Shown: positions 9,096 through 20,126, counted from the stretch's first letter. The stretch: 64,000 nt of DNA from Deltaproteobacteria bacterium (GCA_038150265.1 JAYOTF010000013.1:1-64000), one strand, 5' to 3'. The notes: generated from the letters alone by a model not told the origin. Numbers and translations are program-made.

Positions 9096-9719
9096 TCAGG
9101 CCTCTTCGCCATGGTACTTCCAGAGGTACCAGCTCGCGATCGTCCGCCACGGCTGCCACGCCTCTGCAATCTCACGCGCAGGTTCCTGCCAGCCCTGTTC
9201 CGGAAGGCCGTAAAGGCGCCGGAGCGCAGCTCCAATGGCCGCATCTCCGAGTGGCAGCACATCCGGACGGTTGAGGGCAAAGATCAGGTACATCTCAGCC
9301 GTCCAGCGTCCAATCCCCTTGATCGTCGTCAAGGCGGTCACCAGGGCCTCATCGTCCAAGCGATGCAGTTCCTCCGTCCTGAGGACTCCGGAGGAGAAGG
9401 CGTCTGCCAGAGCCCGGAGGTAACGGGTCTTGGCGCCCGAGAGCCCCATGCCCCGCAATGCCTCGTCGCTCAGCGTCAGAAGCCACTCTGGACGGGGCAA
9501 CTCCTGGGGAAAGAGGGCCCGGAAGCGAGTCCGGAGCACCTGGGCCACTTTGTTGGACAACTGCTGCCCAATAATGGAATCGGCCAAAGTGGCAAACCCG
9601 CCGACTCCGGGTTCCAGCTGACACGGCCCATGGCGCTGAATGATGGCGCCCAGGCGGTCATCCTGTTGCTGCAGATACGCCGTGGCAACTGCCCAGCGTT
9701 CTGCGAGTGGATCGGTCAT
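9096..9719 (-). CDS. DNA-3-methyladenine glycosylase II (AlkA-type HhH-GPD)
   Basis: IIGQQLS, LTTIKGIGRWTAEMYLIFALNRPDVLPLGD, WQPWRTIASWYLW. Confidence 0.92.
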   Translation of the reverse strand: MTDPLAERWAVATAYLQQQDDRLGAIIQRHGPCQLEPGVGGFATLADSIIGQQLSNKVAQVLRTRFRALFPQELPRPEWLLTLSDEALRGMGLSGAKTRYLRALADAFSSGVLRTEELHRLDDEALVTALTTIKGIGRWTAEMYLIFALNRPDVLPLGDAAIGAALRRLYGLPEQGWQEPAREIAEAWQPWRTIASWYLWKYHGEEA

Positions 9720-9753
9720 GCCCTCCTTCTGCGAGGTGGGTGGTCAGGAGCGA

Positions 9754-10467
9754 TCAAAAGTTGTAGCCCACGGCGAGTTGCAAGATGGTCGCATTGAGCT
9801 GGTACGACTCCGAATAGGTTTCAGCCTCTGCCTCCAGGTCAGCAGCGGTGACGGTCGACTCGCTTGAAGTCACGGTCACCGACCCCGAGGGTTCATAGCT
9901 GGAGCTGGACCACGGCATCAGCGTTGCGAGCCCGAGGGACAGCCCATTGCGGGCCTGCCAGTTGACCCCGAGGCCGTACATCGGGATCGAGATCGGATCG
10001 CGGGAGATCTTCACGGTCATGTCCGCCGTGTAGGTCCCGTTGCCGATGGTGCGGCTCCGCTTGTCAAAACGCAGGGTCTCCGTGACCGCTGTGTTGGTGT
10101 CGAGCTTCCCGAAGGACACAAAGAACGGCCCCCAAAAGCTGAGGCGGATCTCGGTCAGGGTCCGGGCCTGCTCTTCATAAAGGTCATACTCCAACCCGTC
10201 AGGAACGGGATCGGTGTAGTGCTTCAGACTGGTCCGGGAGTTGGCGACGGCCTTCTCGGAGTACGCGTTGAGCGAACTGATTCCGAGGTAGATGGTATCG
10301 GTAAAGTGATACCCCAGGGAAACGCCACCACCGGCCTGGGTCAGCAACTGCAGCTGAATGTTGCGCTTCTCCCGTAGCGGGGCCTGAGACCCCCGGTCTT
10401 CCTGAGCCTGAGCCCAGGTCCCGAGGCACAGCATCCCCAGGAGGAGCGCCCAACGTAATCGAGGCAT
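9754..10467 (-). CDS. Exported protein, probable outer-membrane beta-barrel
   Basis: Signal peptide (…TWAQA), amphipathic strands, C-terminal AVGYNF barrel signal. Confidence 0.65.
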   Translation of the reverse strand: MPRLRWALLLGMLCLGTWAQAQEDRGSQAPLREKRNIQLQLLTQAGGGVSLGYHFTDTIYLGISSLNAYSEKAVANSRTSLKHYTDPVPDGLEYDLYEEQARTLTEIRLSFWGPFFVSFGKLDTNTAVTETLRFDKRSRTIGNGTYTADMTVKISRDPISIPMYGLGVNWQARNGLSLGLATLMPWSSSSYEPSGSVTVTSSESTVTAADLEAEAETYSESYQLNATILQLAVGYNF

Positions 10468-10512
10468 GAGCCTCCTTCCTCAAAAAATGGCATTCCGAGC
10501 GACAGCATCCCT

Positions 10513-12117
10513 TCAAGCACGGATCACCGTTTGTGATGAAACTCCCTTTTCCCGGAGTTTCGCCTTTTGCACCTTGCTGGTGGGGGTCTTGGGTAAAGAC
10601 TCGGCCCACTCCAGGTAGCGTGGCTGCATGAAACGGGGCAGGTGCTGCTCACAGAAATTCCAGATCGACTCCGGATGGGGAGCCACTTCTGGCTGGAGCA
10701 CGATCACCAGCTTGATTTCATCCTCTCCTCCCCGAATGGAGGAAGGCACGGCCACTGCTGCGACTTCCGCCACATCCGGATGCTCCAACAGAACTGCTTC
10801 CACTTCATGCGAGGAGATGTTTTCTCCCCGGCGACGGATGCAGTCCTTGAGGCGATCCTGGAAGTAAAAGTACCCCTCGGCATCGCACCACCCGGCATCT
10901 CCAGTGTGGAACCAGAAGTTGCGCCACGCTTCCACGGTCTTTTCCGGTTGCGCGTGGTACCCCATCATGAAGCCAAAGGGCTGCTTGGGGCGCACACAGA
11001 TTTCCCCGACGGCTCCGGGCGGAAGCGGTTCATCGGTCTCCGGGTGCCGGATGGTCACCTCGAAGTACGCTTCCCACGGTTTGCCACAGCTGCCCGGACG
11101 CGGAGCCTCCAGCGGGCTGTAGAGCGGAATGTTGACCTCGGTCATGCCATAGAGCTCCAGAACCGAGGGCACCCCAAAACGCTGCTGGAAGGGCTCCACC
11201 TGTTCCGCCGGAAGCGGGGCCGAGGTCAGGACCCGCAGCTGGTGCTCCTGGTCGTGCGGCGTGGAAGGCTGCCGGAGAAGGAACTCCACCATCACCCCCA
11301 GCGCATTGGACACGGTACAGCCGTGAGTCCGGATGTCTGCGAGCCACTCCGAGGCGCTGAAGCGTTCTCGGATGACAGCCGTTGCTCCTCGGATCAGCAC
11401 GGCATAGACCTGCATGAAGAGGGCATTCGCATGAAACAGAGGCAGGCAGACGTAGTAACAGTCGTCTTCCTGAAGCCTCAGGTTTTCAATGGTGCCCAGG
11501 CCAAACAGGTAGGTATGCGCATGCGGCATCAGCACCCCCTTGGACGGGCCCGTGGTTCCGGAGGTGTAGAGGATCGACGCGGTGTCGCGGTACGTCACCG
11601 GAGGGTCCTCTTCCAGCGGAAGGCCGGCCATGAGGGTGGAGAAGGGCTGCCAGGGCTTGAGTGGATCCGGAGGACGAGCACGTGGAGGAACTCCTGGTGC
11701 CGCCTCATCCGTGACCACCACCCACTCCAGATCGGGCAAGGTGTCAGAAATTTCGTTTAGTTTGTCCAAGAACTCGGGAGCCGTGACCAGCACCCTGGCC
11801 TGACTGTCTGTCAGGACGTGCTGGAGGAAGCTCCCCTGGTATTCGAGATTGACCGCAACGTGAATGGCTCCCCGAAAGGCACATCCCAACCAGGTCAACA
11901 GGTGGGAGGAATTGTTGGGCAGCCAAACGGCAACTCGGTCTCCGAAACCGACGCCCAGGCGCTTCAAGCCAGCTGCGACCTGATGTGCCTGTGCGTCCGC
12001 CTCGGAATACGTCAGCGAGGGGCCTGTCAGAAAACGCACCCACGTCTGGTCCGGACGTTCCTGAGCCTGACGGGTGAGTTGATGCGTGAGCACCCAGTTT
12101 TCGACAGAGCGATCCAT
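10513..12117 (-). CDS. AMP-dependent acyl-CoA ligase (CaiC crotonobetaine/carnitine-CoA ligase-like)
   Basis: YTSGTTGPSKG, YGMTE, WFHTGD, DRLKDCIRRRGENISS, LPKTPTSKVQK; start at ATG 12117 with GGAG. Confidence 0.9.
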   Translation of the reverse strand: MDRSVENWVLTHQLTRQAQERPDQTWVRFLTGPSLTYSEADAQAHQVAAGLKRLGVGFGDRVAVWLPNNSSHLLTWLGCAFRGAIHVAVNLEYQGSFLQHVLTDSQARVLVTAPEFLDKLNEISDTLPDLEWVVVTDEAAPGVPPRARPPDPLKPWQPFSTLMAGLPLEEDPPVTYRDTASILYTSGTTGPSKGVLMPHAHTYLFGLGTIENLRLQEDDCYYVCLPLFHANALFMQVYAVLIRGATAVIRERFSASEWLADIRTHGCTVSNALGVMVEFLLRQPSTPHDQEHQLRVLTSAPLPAEQVEPFQQRFGVPSVLELYGMTEVNIPLYSPLEAPRPGSCGKPWEAYFEVTIRHPETDEPLPPGAVGEICVRPKQPFGFMMGYHAQPEKTVEAWRNFWFHTGDAGWCDAEGYFYFQDRLKDCIRRRGENISSHEVEAVLLEHPDVAEVAAVAVPSSIRGGEDEIKLVIVLQPEVAPHPESIWNFCEQHLPRFMQPRYLEWAESLPKTPTSKVQKAKLREKGVSSQTVIRA

Positions 12118-12412
12118 GCTCTTCTCCCCTGGAGGGGGTTGATGAGTGCCCGCCTTCCCGTCGCGCACTGACGACAAGGCGGACTCCTCCCTGGAAAAAT
12201 GCACCCCGCATTTTTCCTGAAAATAATATCTACCTGACAATTTCGGCAGAGGTTCTGTGCAAAAAGCCGTTGGGAGCGACTTTTCCTACGGAAACTCCGC
12301 GGGTGGATGAAGCCATGCCTCCGAAAAAGAAGGAGGCCTGGTGGTGTTGGTGAAGGCGCGTTGAGAGCCTTCAGGAGGTCAGGAGCCGAGGCCCCGGACC
12401 TCCGGAGTCAGT

Positions 12413-12856
12413 TTAACCTTGAGCGCGGAAGGTGCCTCGCTCGGCAGCTGCCTGGACAGCGGCTTTTTGCTTCTGGGCGGCATTCTGCTGACGCAGCTGG
12501 TTCCAGCCCTGCCGAAGGGTTTCGGCGACTTTGATGAGTTCCCGGATCACTTCCGGGTCCTTGCGCAGGTTGGCTTCCACGATGCGGCGGAACATGTACA
12601 GGTACAGCTCCCGCAGGTTTTTGCCAATCTCGCCGGTGTTCTCCACCCGGAGGGTCGAGAGCAACTCGTTGACGATGTCCTTGCTTCGCATCAGGTAGTT
12701 GTGCGTGCCTTCGATGTCGTTGGCTTCTGCACGAGACTCCGCTTTGCGAAGGAAGCGGACCATGCCGTCGTAGAGCATGATGATCAGGGTCAGCTGATCA
12801 GAGGTTTGGACGTTCGTTTGATAGTACGCCCGATAAGACTGGTTTGGGGTGCGCAT
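12413..12856 (-). CDS. fliS: Flagellin export chaperone FliS (paralog 2)
   Basis: LIIMLYDG, IVNELLSTL, GEIGKNLRELYLYM, LRQGW. Confidence 0.92.
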   Translation of the reverse strand: MRTPNQSYRAYYQTNVQTSDQLTLIIMLYDGMVRFLRKAESRAEANDIEGTHNYLMRSKDIVNELLSTLRVENTGEIGKNLRELYLYMFRRIVEANLRKDPEVIRELIKVAETLRQGWNQLRQQNAAQKQKAAVQAAAERGTFRAQG

Positions 12857-12870
12857 TAATCCCTCCTGGA

Positions 12871-13326
12871 TTACCCTCTTAAATTAAGACGTTTGTCAAC
12901 AGACGCGTTCGGAGTGGGGCGAACGGAGGCCTTGCCGGGGGTGACGGCTTTTTGGGGCGTTCCGATGTGGACCCACGCTTCACGCAGCTCCTTGAGCAGA
13001 CCAAGAACCACCTTGGCCGGCTCCGGATTCTTTTGCACATTGGCTTCAATGAGCTGGCTGAACATAAAGCTGTAGAGGCTTTGGAGGTTCTTGGCGATCT
13101 CGCCCCCCTTTTCGAGGTTCAGAGACGACATCAGCTCAGCCACAATGTTCTTGGACTTCACCAAGGCATTGTGCGTGCGTTCGATCTCCTTCTTCTGCAT
13201 GGACTCAATGGCGAACGCTGTGTTCTTGATTGCTCCGTCGTAGAGCATGACAATCAGCTTGTTCTGATCAAGCGTGTTGACCGCTGCACGTTTGTAGGCG
13301 CTTTGATAACCGCTGTACGGATTCAT
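12871..13326 (-). CDS. fliS: Flagellin export chaperone FliS (paralog 1)
   Basis: LIVMLYDGA, ELMSSLNLEKGGEIAKNLQSLYSFM, ELREAW. Confidence 0.94.
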   Translation of the reverse strand: MNPYSGYQSAYKRAAVNTLDQNKLIVMLYDGAIKNTAFAIESMQKKEIERTHNALVKSKNIVAELMSSLNLEKGGEIAKNLQSLYSFMFSQLIEANVQKNPEPAKVVLGLLKELREAWVHIGTPQKAVTPGKASVRPTPNASVDKRLNLRG

Positions 13327-13371
13327 GAACTTCTCTTCGCTGAGTTACAAAAAAAGGGTTACTCACCTAGG

Positions 13372-16300
13372 TCAGCCGTCCTTCTTCTGGCCGCCTCCGC
13401 CCAGGGCAGAGAGCTGCTGACTGACGTAGTTCTGCTGAGACCGTAACCGGCCCATGGTGCTATCGAGTTTGGCGAATTTGAGCTGAAGCTGCTGGTGCTT
13501 CGAGTCAATCCGCTCATTCATGCGCTTGAGCTGCTCATCGTAGCTGCTCATCTGTTCGCTCAGGTCCTGGGTGACCTTCTTGTACTTGCCGTTGATCGGG
13601 CTGTTGATTTCGTCCAGCTTCTCCTGGAGCTTGACGGCCACGCCCTTGGTCACGGTGACGCTGGCCTCCGGACCTTCCTTGAGCTCCTTCTCATTCAGGG
13701 TCACGTACACCCGCAGGCCATCAGCGCTTGAGCCATCCGGACCCAGCAGGAGCTGCCCCCGTCCGGGAGCTTCCACCCCATCGATGGTGCCTTCGACATC
13801 CTGACCATTGGTCTGGGTCGCAGAAGAGAGCCCCAGGGCATCAAGGTTCTTGTCTTCTCCAGGTTCGACCTCCACTGAGGAGTTCTTGCCGTAGGAGCCC
13901 GACACAAACCGCAGCCCTCCCTGGAAGGCCTCGACCTGAATGCCACGCCGTCCCAGAACCTTGTCCTCATTGAGGCTCTTCTGGATCGACTTGGCCAGGC
14001 TGGAGACGGTATAGACGTCCTTGCGTAGCTCAATCGGGTCCGAGGCCCGACCGTTGTTCCGGACAACGAGCACGTTGTTCGTGTCATCAATCCGGACCAT
14101 GCCTCCCGGAATGGCTTCTCCCAGCAGGGTGCCCTTCTTGGCCACCTGGGTGACATCGACCTTGTACCCTTCCGGGCTGATCTTGGTCTTGTCGCCCAGT
14201 CCCACAAAGGAGACTCCGGGGTTGTCGGATTCGCCGTTGCTGCGGAACAGGTTGGCGACCGACACAAAATCGTTCTCAATCTTCTCACTGAGCTTCTTGT
14301 CGTCCAACGACATGGTGCCCTTGTCGTTGATGCGCAACCCGATGGAGAAGAGCATGTTGGTCGCCGGAGGCAACCCCGCCACGGTGGCAATGGTCGTCGT
14401 CGCAATGTCGTTGGTGATCTGCGTGAGGTTGCGATCACTCAACAGCGGCGCGGCCGTGTTCGTGGCCTTGTCAAACTTCGACAGCTCCTTGGCCGTGGCC
14501 TGATAGGTGTTGTACGCGTCCACAAAATCCTGAACCCGTTCCCGGGCCTTGTCCGTGTCGCCAATCACCGAAACGGTCACCAGGTCCTTGCTTGGAGAGA
14601 GGAACTCCAGGTCCAGGCCGGGAATGATGTCGTTGGCCTTGTTCTCCGACCGGCGGACTTCGAGGCCGCCCCCCTGATCCGACGCCCCAAGGCGCAGGAC
14701 CAGATCCTTTGCCTGCCGCACCGTTGAGGTGTAGGTCCGGATCTGGAAGCGATCTCCTTCGTACAGGTCTCCGGGGCCAAGCGCGACATTCAGGCCACTG
14801 TCAAAGGGAACCGGTGTCCCCGGGCGGTAGCCTTCGCCCATGTTGATGACCCCTTTGTTGCCCTGGTCATCTTCCCAGTCGACCAGCAGGGCTCGGGTGA
14901 TGCCCACGCCGCCTCGACGCCGCACCGAAAAGGTGTACGTCTTGGCCAGGTCCTGATCGAAGGAGCCGGTGACGCGGATTTCCGCGGTGCTGACGTTGCC
15001 TCCGTATTCCGGAAGCCCATCTTCCACTTTCGGACGGTTGGCATCCCGAACTTCAGGATCCTGGTCCTCGTAAGGGCTCCACTCGGCCACCTCATCGACC
15101 TTCCCGGTCACGCCCCGAACCTCGTCAGGGAGCCACCACCAGCTTTCGGAGGTGGGAGCCTTGAGGTCGATCTCGGCGGTGTCTCCGTCTTGCAGCACAC
15201 CGGGGGGAACCTCAATGAACAGCCCGTTCCCGATGGGCAGCGACGTGGGCCCTGCCTGGGCGCCGTCTTCGCCGTTGAACTTCAGGTCAAACAGCGCTTC
15301 GCCGTCTTTCGAGTCGTAAGCGGTCGCCGTTGCCGGATCACGCTGGTCCACCGACTCGGACTGATACGGGTAGCTGAGGCTCAGCTCGCCCTTTTCCCCA
15401 GTCTCCGTGAACTCGTAGTGCAGCACCAGGGGCGTCTTGCCGCCGACCTGACCACTGCCCTGAACGCGGAAGATGACCTGCTGGTCGTCTTCGCCTTCGT
15501 ACTGCCCGGTGACGTGAATGCCCCCCTTCTCCCCCTTCAGTCCCCAATCGCTGGGCGAGTAGACCTTGGAGGCGCGGTCGGCGTCACTGAGCCACCACAG
15601 CATGTCGGAGCGGGCGGCTCGGGCCTTGACCTTGAAGCTGTCGCCACTGACGATCTCACCGTCACTGAAGCGCAGCTGGATGCCATCAACCACGTCCACA
15701 GGGGTGCCTGGGGAGTAGTTGTATTCATTGATCTCAATCTGCCCCTCACGGCCCTGGCTGTCGGACCAGCCGAGGACCACGCCTTCAGGCGATGGGACCA
15801 TTCCGGCTTTCAAGACCCGGAAGGTGAGCTCAATGTCTTCCTCCCCGGTGTAGTTGCCGGTGGAGTCGATGATCGGTGTGGAGGCTCCTGCGCCTCCTCG
15901 CTCAATCGGCTTGGGCGGAGCGACCTCCAGTCCTTCCCAGCTGGCCGTCTCGTCGTGCCGGTTCCGGAAGTCGGGGGCATTGTCGGCGCCCTGGAGGTTG
16001 ACGGAAATGTTGATCCGTCCCTCTTCCCCCGTCCGTTTGCTGGTCAGCAGCAAGCGGTAGGGCTGATCGCCATGGGTGCGGGCAATGAAGGCCTCCACCT
16101 CGGCTTCCGACTCGTTGATGGTCCGTCGGAGGCCTTCCAGCGTGTTGTTGTCGTCGTCAATGGTCAGCGTGACTGGAGAATCCTCCTCGTTGTTGCCGAC
16201 CTTGATGCTGATGGAGCCGGTGCCAATGCGGGTGTCTTCCGAGTCAAAGCCCTGCGAAGCAATCTGGTGCGAGAGGGCGACGGAATCGACCGCAATGACG

Positions 16301-16596
16301 GTCTTGCCGGGCTTTGCATCCCGACGGGCTCGGGCCACCACGACTTCCGGGTGACTGGACTCGACGCTGCGAGCCTCCCAGATGTCGGTGCTGTCAAGCG
16401 AGGTGACGACGTCCTGCAGCTTGTCGAGCTCTGCTTTGACAATGCTCCAGGATTCAATCTCCTTGAGCTTCTCATCCTTGCGTTGCTGGATGGGCTCAAG
16501 CTTCCGTTTTTCGATTTTGACGAAGCGGTCAACAATCTCCTGGGTGTTCATCTTGGAACCCAGACCGGTTACCGCATTCGGATTCAGTTCCGCCAA
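13372..16596 (-). CDS. fliD: Flagellar filament cap FliD, enlarged (1074 aa)
   Basis: N-terminal TGLGSKMNTQEIVD; FVDAYN; C-terminal LQLKFAKLDSTMGRLRSQQNYV; lies between flagellin and fliS. Confidence 0.92.
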   Translation of the reverse strand: MAELNPNAVTGLGSKMNTQEIVDRFVKIEKRKLEPIQQRKDEKLKEIESWSIVKAELDKLQDVVTSLDSTDIWEARSVESSHPEVVVARARRDAKPGKTVIAVDSVALSHQIASQGFDSEDTRIGTGSISIKVGNNEEDSPVTLTIDDDNNTLEGLRRTINESEAEVEAFIARTHGDQPYRLLLTSKRTGEEGRINISVNLQGADNAPDFRNRHDETASWEGLEVAPPKPIERGGAGASTPIIDSTGNYTGEEDIELTFRVLKAGMVPSPEGVVLGWSDSQGREGQIEINEYNYSPGTPVDVVDGIQLRFSDGEIVSGDSFKVKARAARSDMLWWLSDADRASKVYSPSDWGLKGEKGGIHVTGQYEGEDDQQVIFRVQGSGQVGGKTPLVLHYEFTETGEKGELSLSYPYQSESVDQRDPATATAYDSKDGEALFDLKFNGEDGAQAGPTSLPIGNGLFIEVPPGVLQDGDTAEIDLKAPTSESWWWLPDEVRGVTGKVDEVAEWSPYEDQDPEVRDANRPKVEDGLPEYGGNVSTAEIRVTGSFDQDLAKTYTFSVRRRGGVGITRALLVDWEDDQGNKGVINMGEGYRPGTPVPFDSGLNVALGPGDLYEGDRFQIRTYTSTVRQAKDLVLRLGASDQGGGLEVRRSENKANDIIPGLDLEFLSPSKDLVTVSVIGDTDKARERVQDFVDAYNTYQATAKELSKFDKATNTAAPLLSDRNLTQITNDIATTTIATVAGLPPATNMLFSIGLRINDKGTMSLDDKKLSEKIENDFVSVANLFRSNGESDNPGVSFVGLGDKTKISPEGYKVDVTQVAKKGTLLGEAIPGGMVRIDDTNNVLVVRNNGRASDPIELRKDVYTVSSLAKSIQKSLNEDKVLGRRGIQVEAFQGGLRFVSGSYGKNSSVEVEPGEDKNLDALGLSSATQTNGQDVEGTIDGVEAPGRGQLLLGPDGSSADGLRVYVTLNEKELKEGPEASVTVTKGVAVKLQEKLDEINSPINGKYKKVTQDLSEQMSSYDEQLKRMNERIDSKHQQLQLKFAKLDSTMGRLRSQQNYVSQQLSALGGGGQKKDG

Positions 16597-16752
16597 GGCA
16601 GATTTCGCTTCTCAGACGTGTAAGTTTGCCGCTACCTAGGAAGAAATTGCCTTGGCAGCTTAAACGCAAACCTCTGAAATGATTGGCCATCCTCTGAATC
16701 GTCAAAAAGACGGAGAGGGGGCACTCAGAGGCTTCAAGAAGCGTTCCAGCGC

Positions 16753-18510
16753 TTAGTTGCCCACGTTCAGCAGTTGCAGGACGGAGCGAGGAACCTGGTT
16801 GGCCTGGGCCAGCATGGCGGTTCCGGAGGAGAGCAGGATCTGGTTCTTGACCAGGTGGCTCATCTCTTCGGCCATGTCGGTGTCAGCCAGCTGCGATTCG
16901 GAAGACGTCAGGTTCTCACGAGCAACCCGCAGGTTGTTGAGGTTGGTCTCCAGAGAGTTCTTCTGGAAGGACCCCAGACGTCCCCGCAGGGAGGAAACAT
17001 CGCCGATGGCCGCATCGACCACCAGCAGCGCGTCCTGAGCGAGATCCGCTCCTCGGACGTCGATGTCTGCCAGGCTGCGGAAGCCACTTCCGTTTTCGAC
17101 GTTGGTGGCCAGGAATTCCGGATTGATGCTCCGGACCGAAATCTTTCCCTGTTGGCCGTAGTTGGGGCCAATCTGGAAGTTCAGGGAGTTCTGAGTGACG
17201 TGGACGTAGCCGTCAATGGGCTCGCCGACGAGCAGGTCGTTTCCGTTCTCCTGCTTGAAGAGTCCCGCCACTCGGTTGTCAATGCGGTTGAAGACTTCGT
17301 AGATGACGTCGTCTGTGGTGTTGGAGTACCGAACCTTGACGCCTTCTGCCGGAGTTCCGGGAGCGCCGGTGAGGTACTGGCCTTCTCCGAGGGCTGGCTC
17401 GCCAACACCAGTCTCCGGGTTCCCGCCGATCGAGCCTTCCACATCCCGTCCGGGGATGGAGAAGATGGCTTCGTTGGCCGGTGTGTCTTCCTGGAAGAAG
17501 TAATCCAGGGTCGTGGAGACGGTAAAGTTGGGCGCGCTGCCGAAGTCTCGGTGGCGGATGACGATCACCTCTTCATCGCCCACCAGGTCCTTGATTTCCC
17601 CCGGGTACTCGGCGAGCTTGCGCAGCGCGTCGTCCAGGGTGTTGAAGTCGGAGATGTATTCGCCCAGTCGCTCGGAGGGGCGGTAGACCATCACTTCCAC
17701 GTTCATGCCGGCGTCATCCACCTGCCGCTGCATCTCACTGACGATGAGCTGCTGAACCGCTCGCTCAGCCCGGTAGATGGCATCCGGGGAGCCGTCGCGC
17801 AGAGCGGCGCTGGCCAGCTTTTCGATCTGGCTGTTCAGCTCCTTGTTCTTGTTGAGGTCAATGCCAACGGTGCGTTTGCCTTCGTTGATCACAAAGGACA
17901 CGACCTTGTTCGGGTCGGAAGAGACCACGTCTTCCAGGTGCAGGGCACGGGTCGCGACCAGGAAGGACCGGGTGGCGACCTGGGTGATGTCCACCTTGTA
18001 GCCTTCAGCAGGAGACGACTTGCTGACCTCCGTGGCGCCGATGAAGTCCAGTCCGTTGCCGACGGCAACACCGGTTGCGGCATTGCTGCCGTCCAGCAGC
18101 GTTTGGGTGCCGAACTGCGTGTTCTTGGCAATGTTCCGGATGGTCGCCAGCAGGTTCTCAATTTCGATCTGGTCCGCCTCGAGCATCTTCTCATCGTTGG
18201 CCCCTTCGTTGGCCGCGTGCACCGCCAGCTGGCGGAGGTTGATGAGGATGTTGCTGACCTCGCTCAGGGCGCTTTCCGTGGTTTGAATCATGGAGATCGA
18301 CGTCTCCGAGTTCTGAACGGCTTGCCCAAGCGACTCAATCTGAGACTTCATTTGCTCGGAAATCACCAGGGAGGCGGGTCCGTCGGCGGCGCGATTCAAG
18401 CGTCGTCCCGAGGAGAGCCGCTCCAGGTTGCCCGTGAGTTCTCGCTCCGTGCGGTTCAGTTGCCGCAGAGCGTTGAGGGCTGCTATGTTGGAGTTGACCC
18501 GAAGTGCCAT
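16753..18510 (-). CDS. fliC: Flagellin (long type, 585 aa)
   Basis: MALRVNSNIAALNA, LERLSSGRRLNRAAD, RGRLGSFQKN, DTDMAEEM, AQANQVPRSVLQLL. Confidence 0.96.
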   Translation of the reverse strand: MALRVNSNIAALNALRQLNRTERELTGNLERLSSGRRLNRAADGPASLVISEQMKSQIESLGQAVQNSETSISMIQTTESALSEVSNILINLRQLAVHAANEGANDEKMLEADQIEIENLLATIRNIAKNTQFGTQTLLDGSNAATGVAVGNGLDFIGATEVSKSSPAEGYKVDITQVATRSFLVATRALHLEDVVSSDPNKVVSFVINEGKRTVGIDLNKNKELNSQIEKLASAALRDGSPDAIYRAERAVQQLIVSEMQRQVDDAGMNVEVMVYRPSERLGEYISDFNTLDDALRKLAEYPGEIKDLVGDEEVIVIRHRDFGSAPNFTVSTTLDYFFQEDTPANEAIFSIPGRDVEGSIGGNPETGVGEPALGEGQYLTGAPGTPAEGVKVRYSNTTDDVIYEVFNRIDNRVAGLFKQENGNDLLVGEPIDGYVHVTQNSLNFQIGPNYGQQGKISVRSINPEFLATNVENGSGFRSLADIDVRGADLAQDALLVVDAAIGDVSSLRGRLGSFQKNSLETNLNNLRVARENLTSSESQLADTDMAEEMSHLVKNQILLSSGTAMLAQANQVPRSVLQLLNVGN

Positions 18511-18550
18511 TGGTGGTTCCGAGAGTTGAAGTTAACTGTTCCTGAATGCC

Positions 18551-18577
18551 TTATCGGTGTCTGAGCAGAATTCTTTA
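18551..18577 (-). promoter_or_regulatory. sigma28 (FliA) promoter, proximal
   Basis: TAAA-N15-ACCGATAA on the minus strand, 40 nt upstream of the flagellin start. Confidence 0.85.
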
Positions 18578-18642
18578 GCGATCAGATGAATTTTTTTTTC
18601 ATCCGTCGCTGTTCCGTTCTGCCGAACCGCGACCTGTGTTCC

Positions 18643-18669
18643 TTATCGGACGCTCCGTCCAAGACTTTA
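18643..18669 (-). promoter_or_regulatory. sigma28 (FliA) promoter, distal
   Basis: TAAA-N15-TCCGATAA on the minus strand. Confidence 0.8.
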
Positions 18670-18676
18670 ATAAAAA

Positions 18677-19741
<1,065 letters not shown>

Positions 19742-19833
19742 CGCTTTTTTCTTGCATTTCCCCAGCGTCCATGGATTCATGAGGGACCGCCGTCGTGGCG
19801 GGGATCCTTCAAAACCTCAGTAAGGAGTGGCTA

Positions 19834-20118
19834 ATGAAGAAACTCGCTTGTGTCTTCGTAGGTGGCTTGATGCTTGCCGGAACCGCTTGGGCCGGCTGCT
19901 CGGGGCACTCGAACCTGACCATGGCCAAGATGTCCAAAGGGCAGGAAGTCATCATGGTTGTGGAAGTCAACGGCATGCAACTGGAAGAGGTTCGTGGAAC
20001 CTCGGAAGCACCCGTCTACAACGTCAAGAGCACCCTGGGACAGGTGGTGGCCAAGGAAATTTCCAAGGACCAACTCTCCACTCAGTTCCCTGAGCTTCAC
20101 AAGGCCCTCGCTGGCTAA
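19834..20118 (+). CDS. Small exported hypothetical protein
   Basis: TAAGGAG RBS, signal peptide MKKLACVFVGGLMLAGTAWA, coding-like codon use. Confidence 0.8.
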   Translation: MKKLACVFVGGLMLAGTAWAGCSGHSNLTMAKMSKGQEVIMVVEVNGMQLEEVRGTSEAPVYNVKSTLGQVVAKEISKDQLSTQFPELHKALAG

Positions 20119-20126
20119 GTCCTGCC

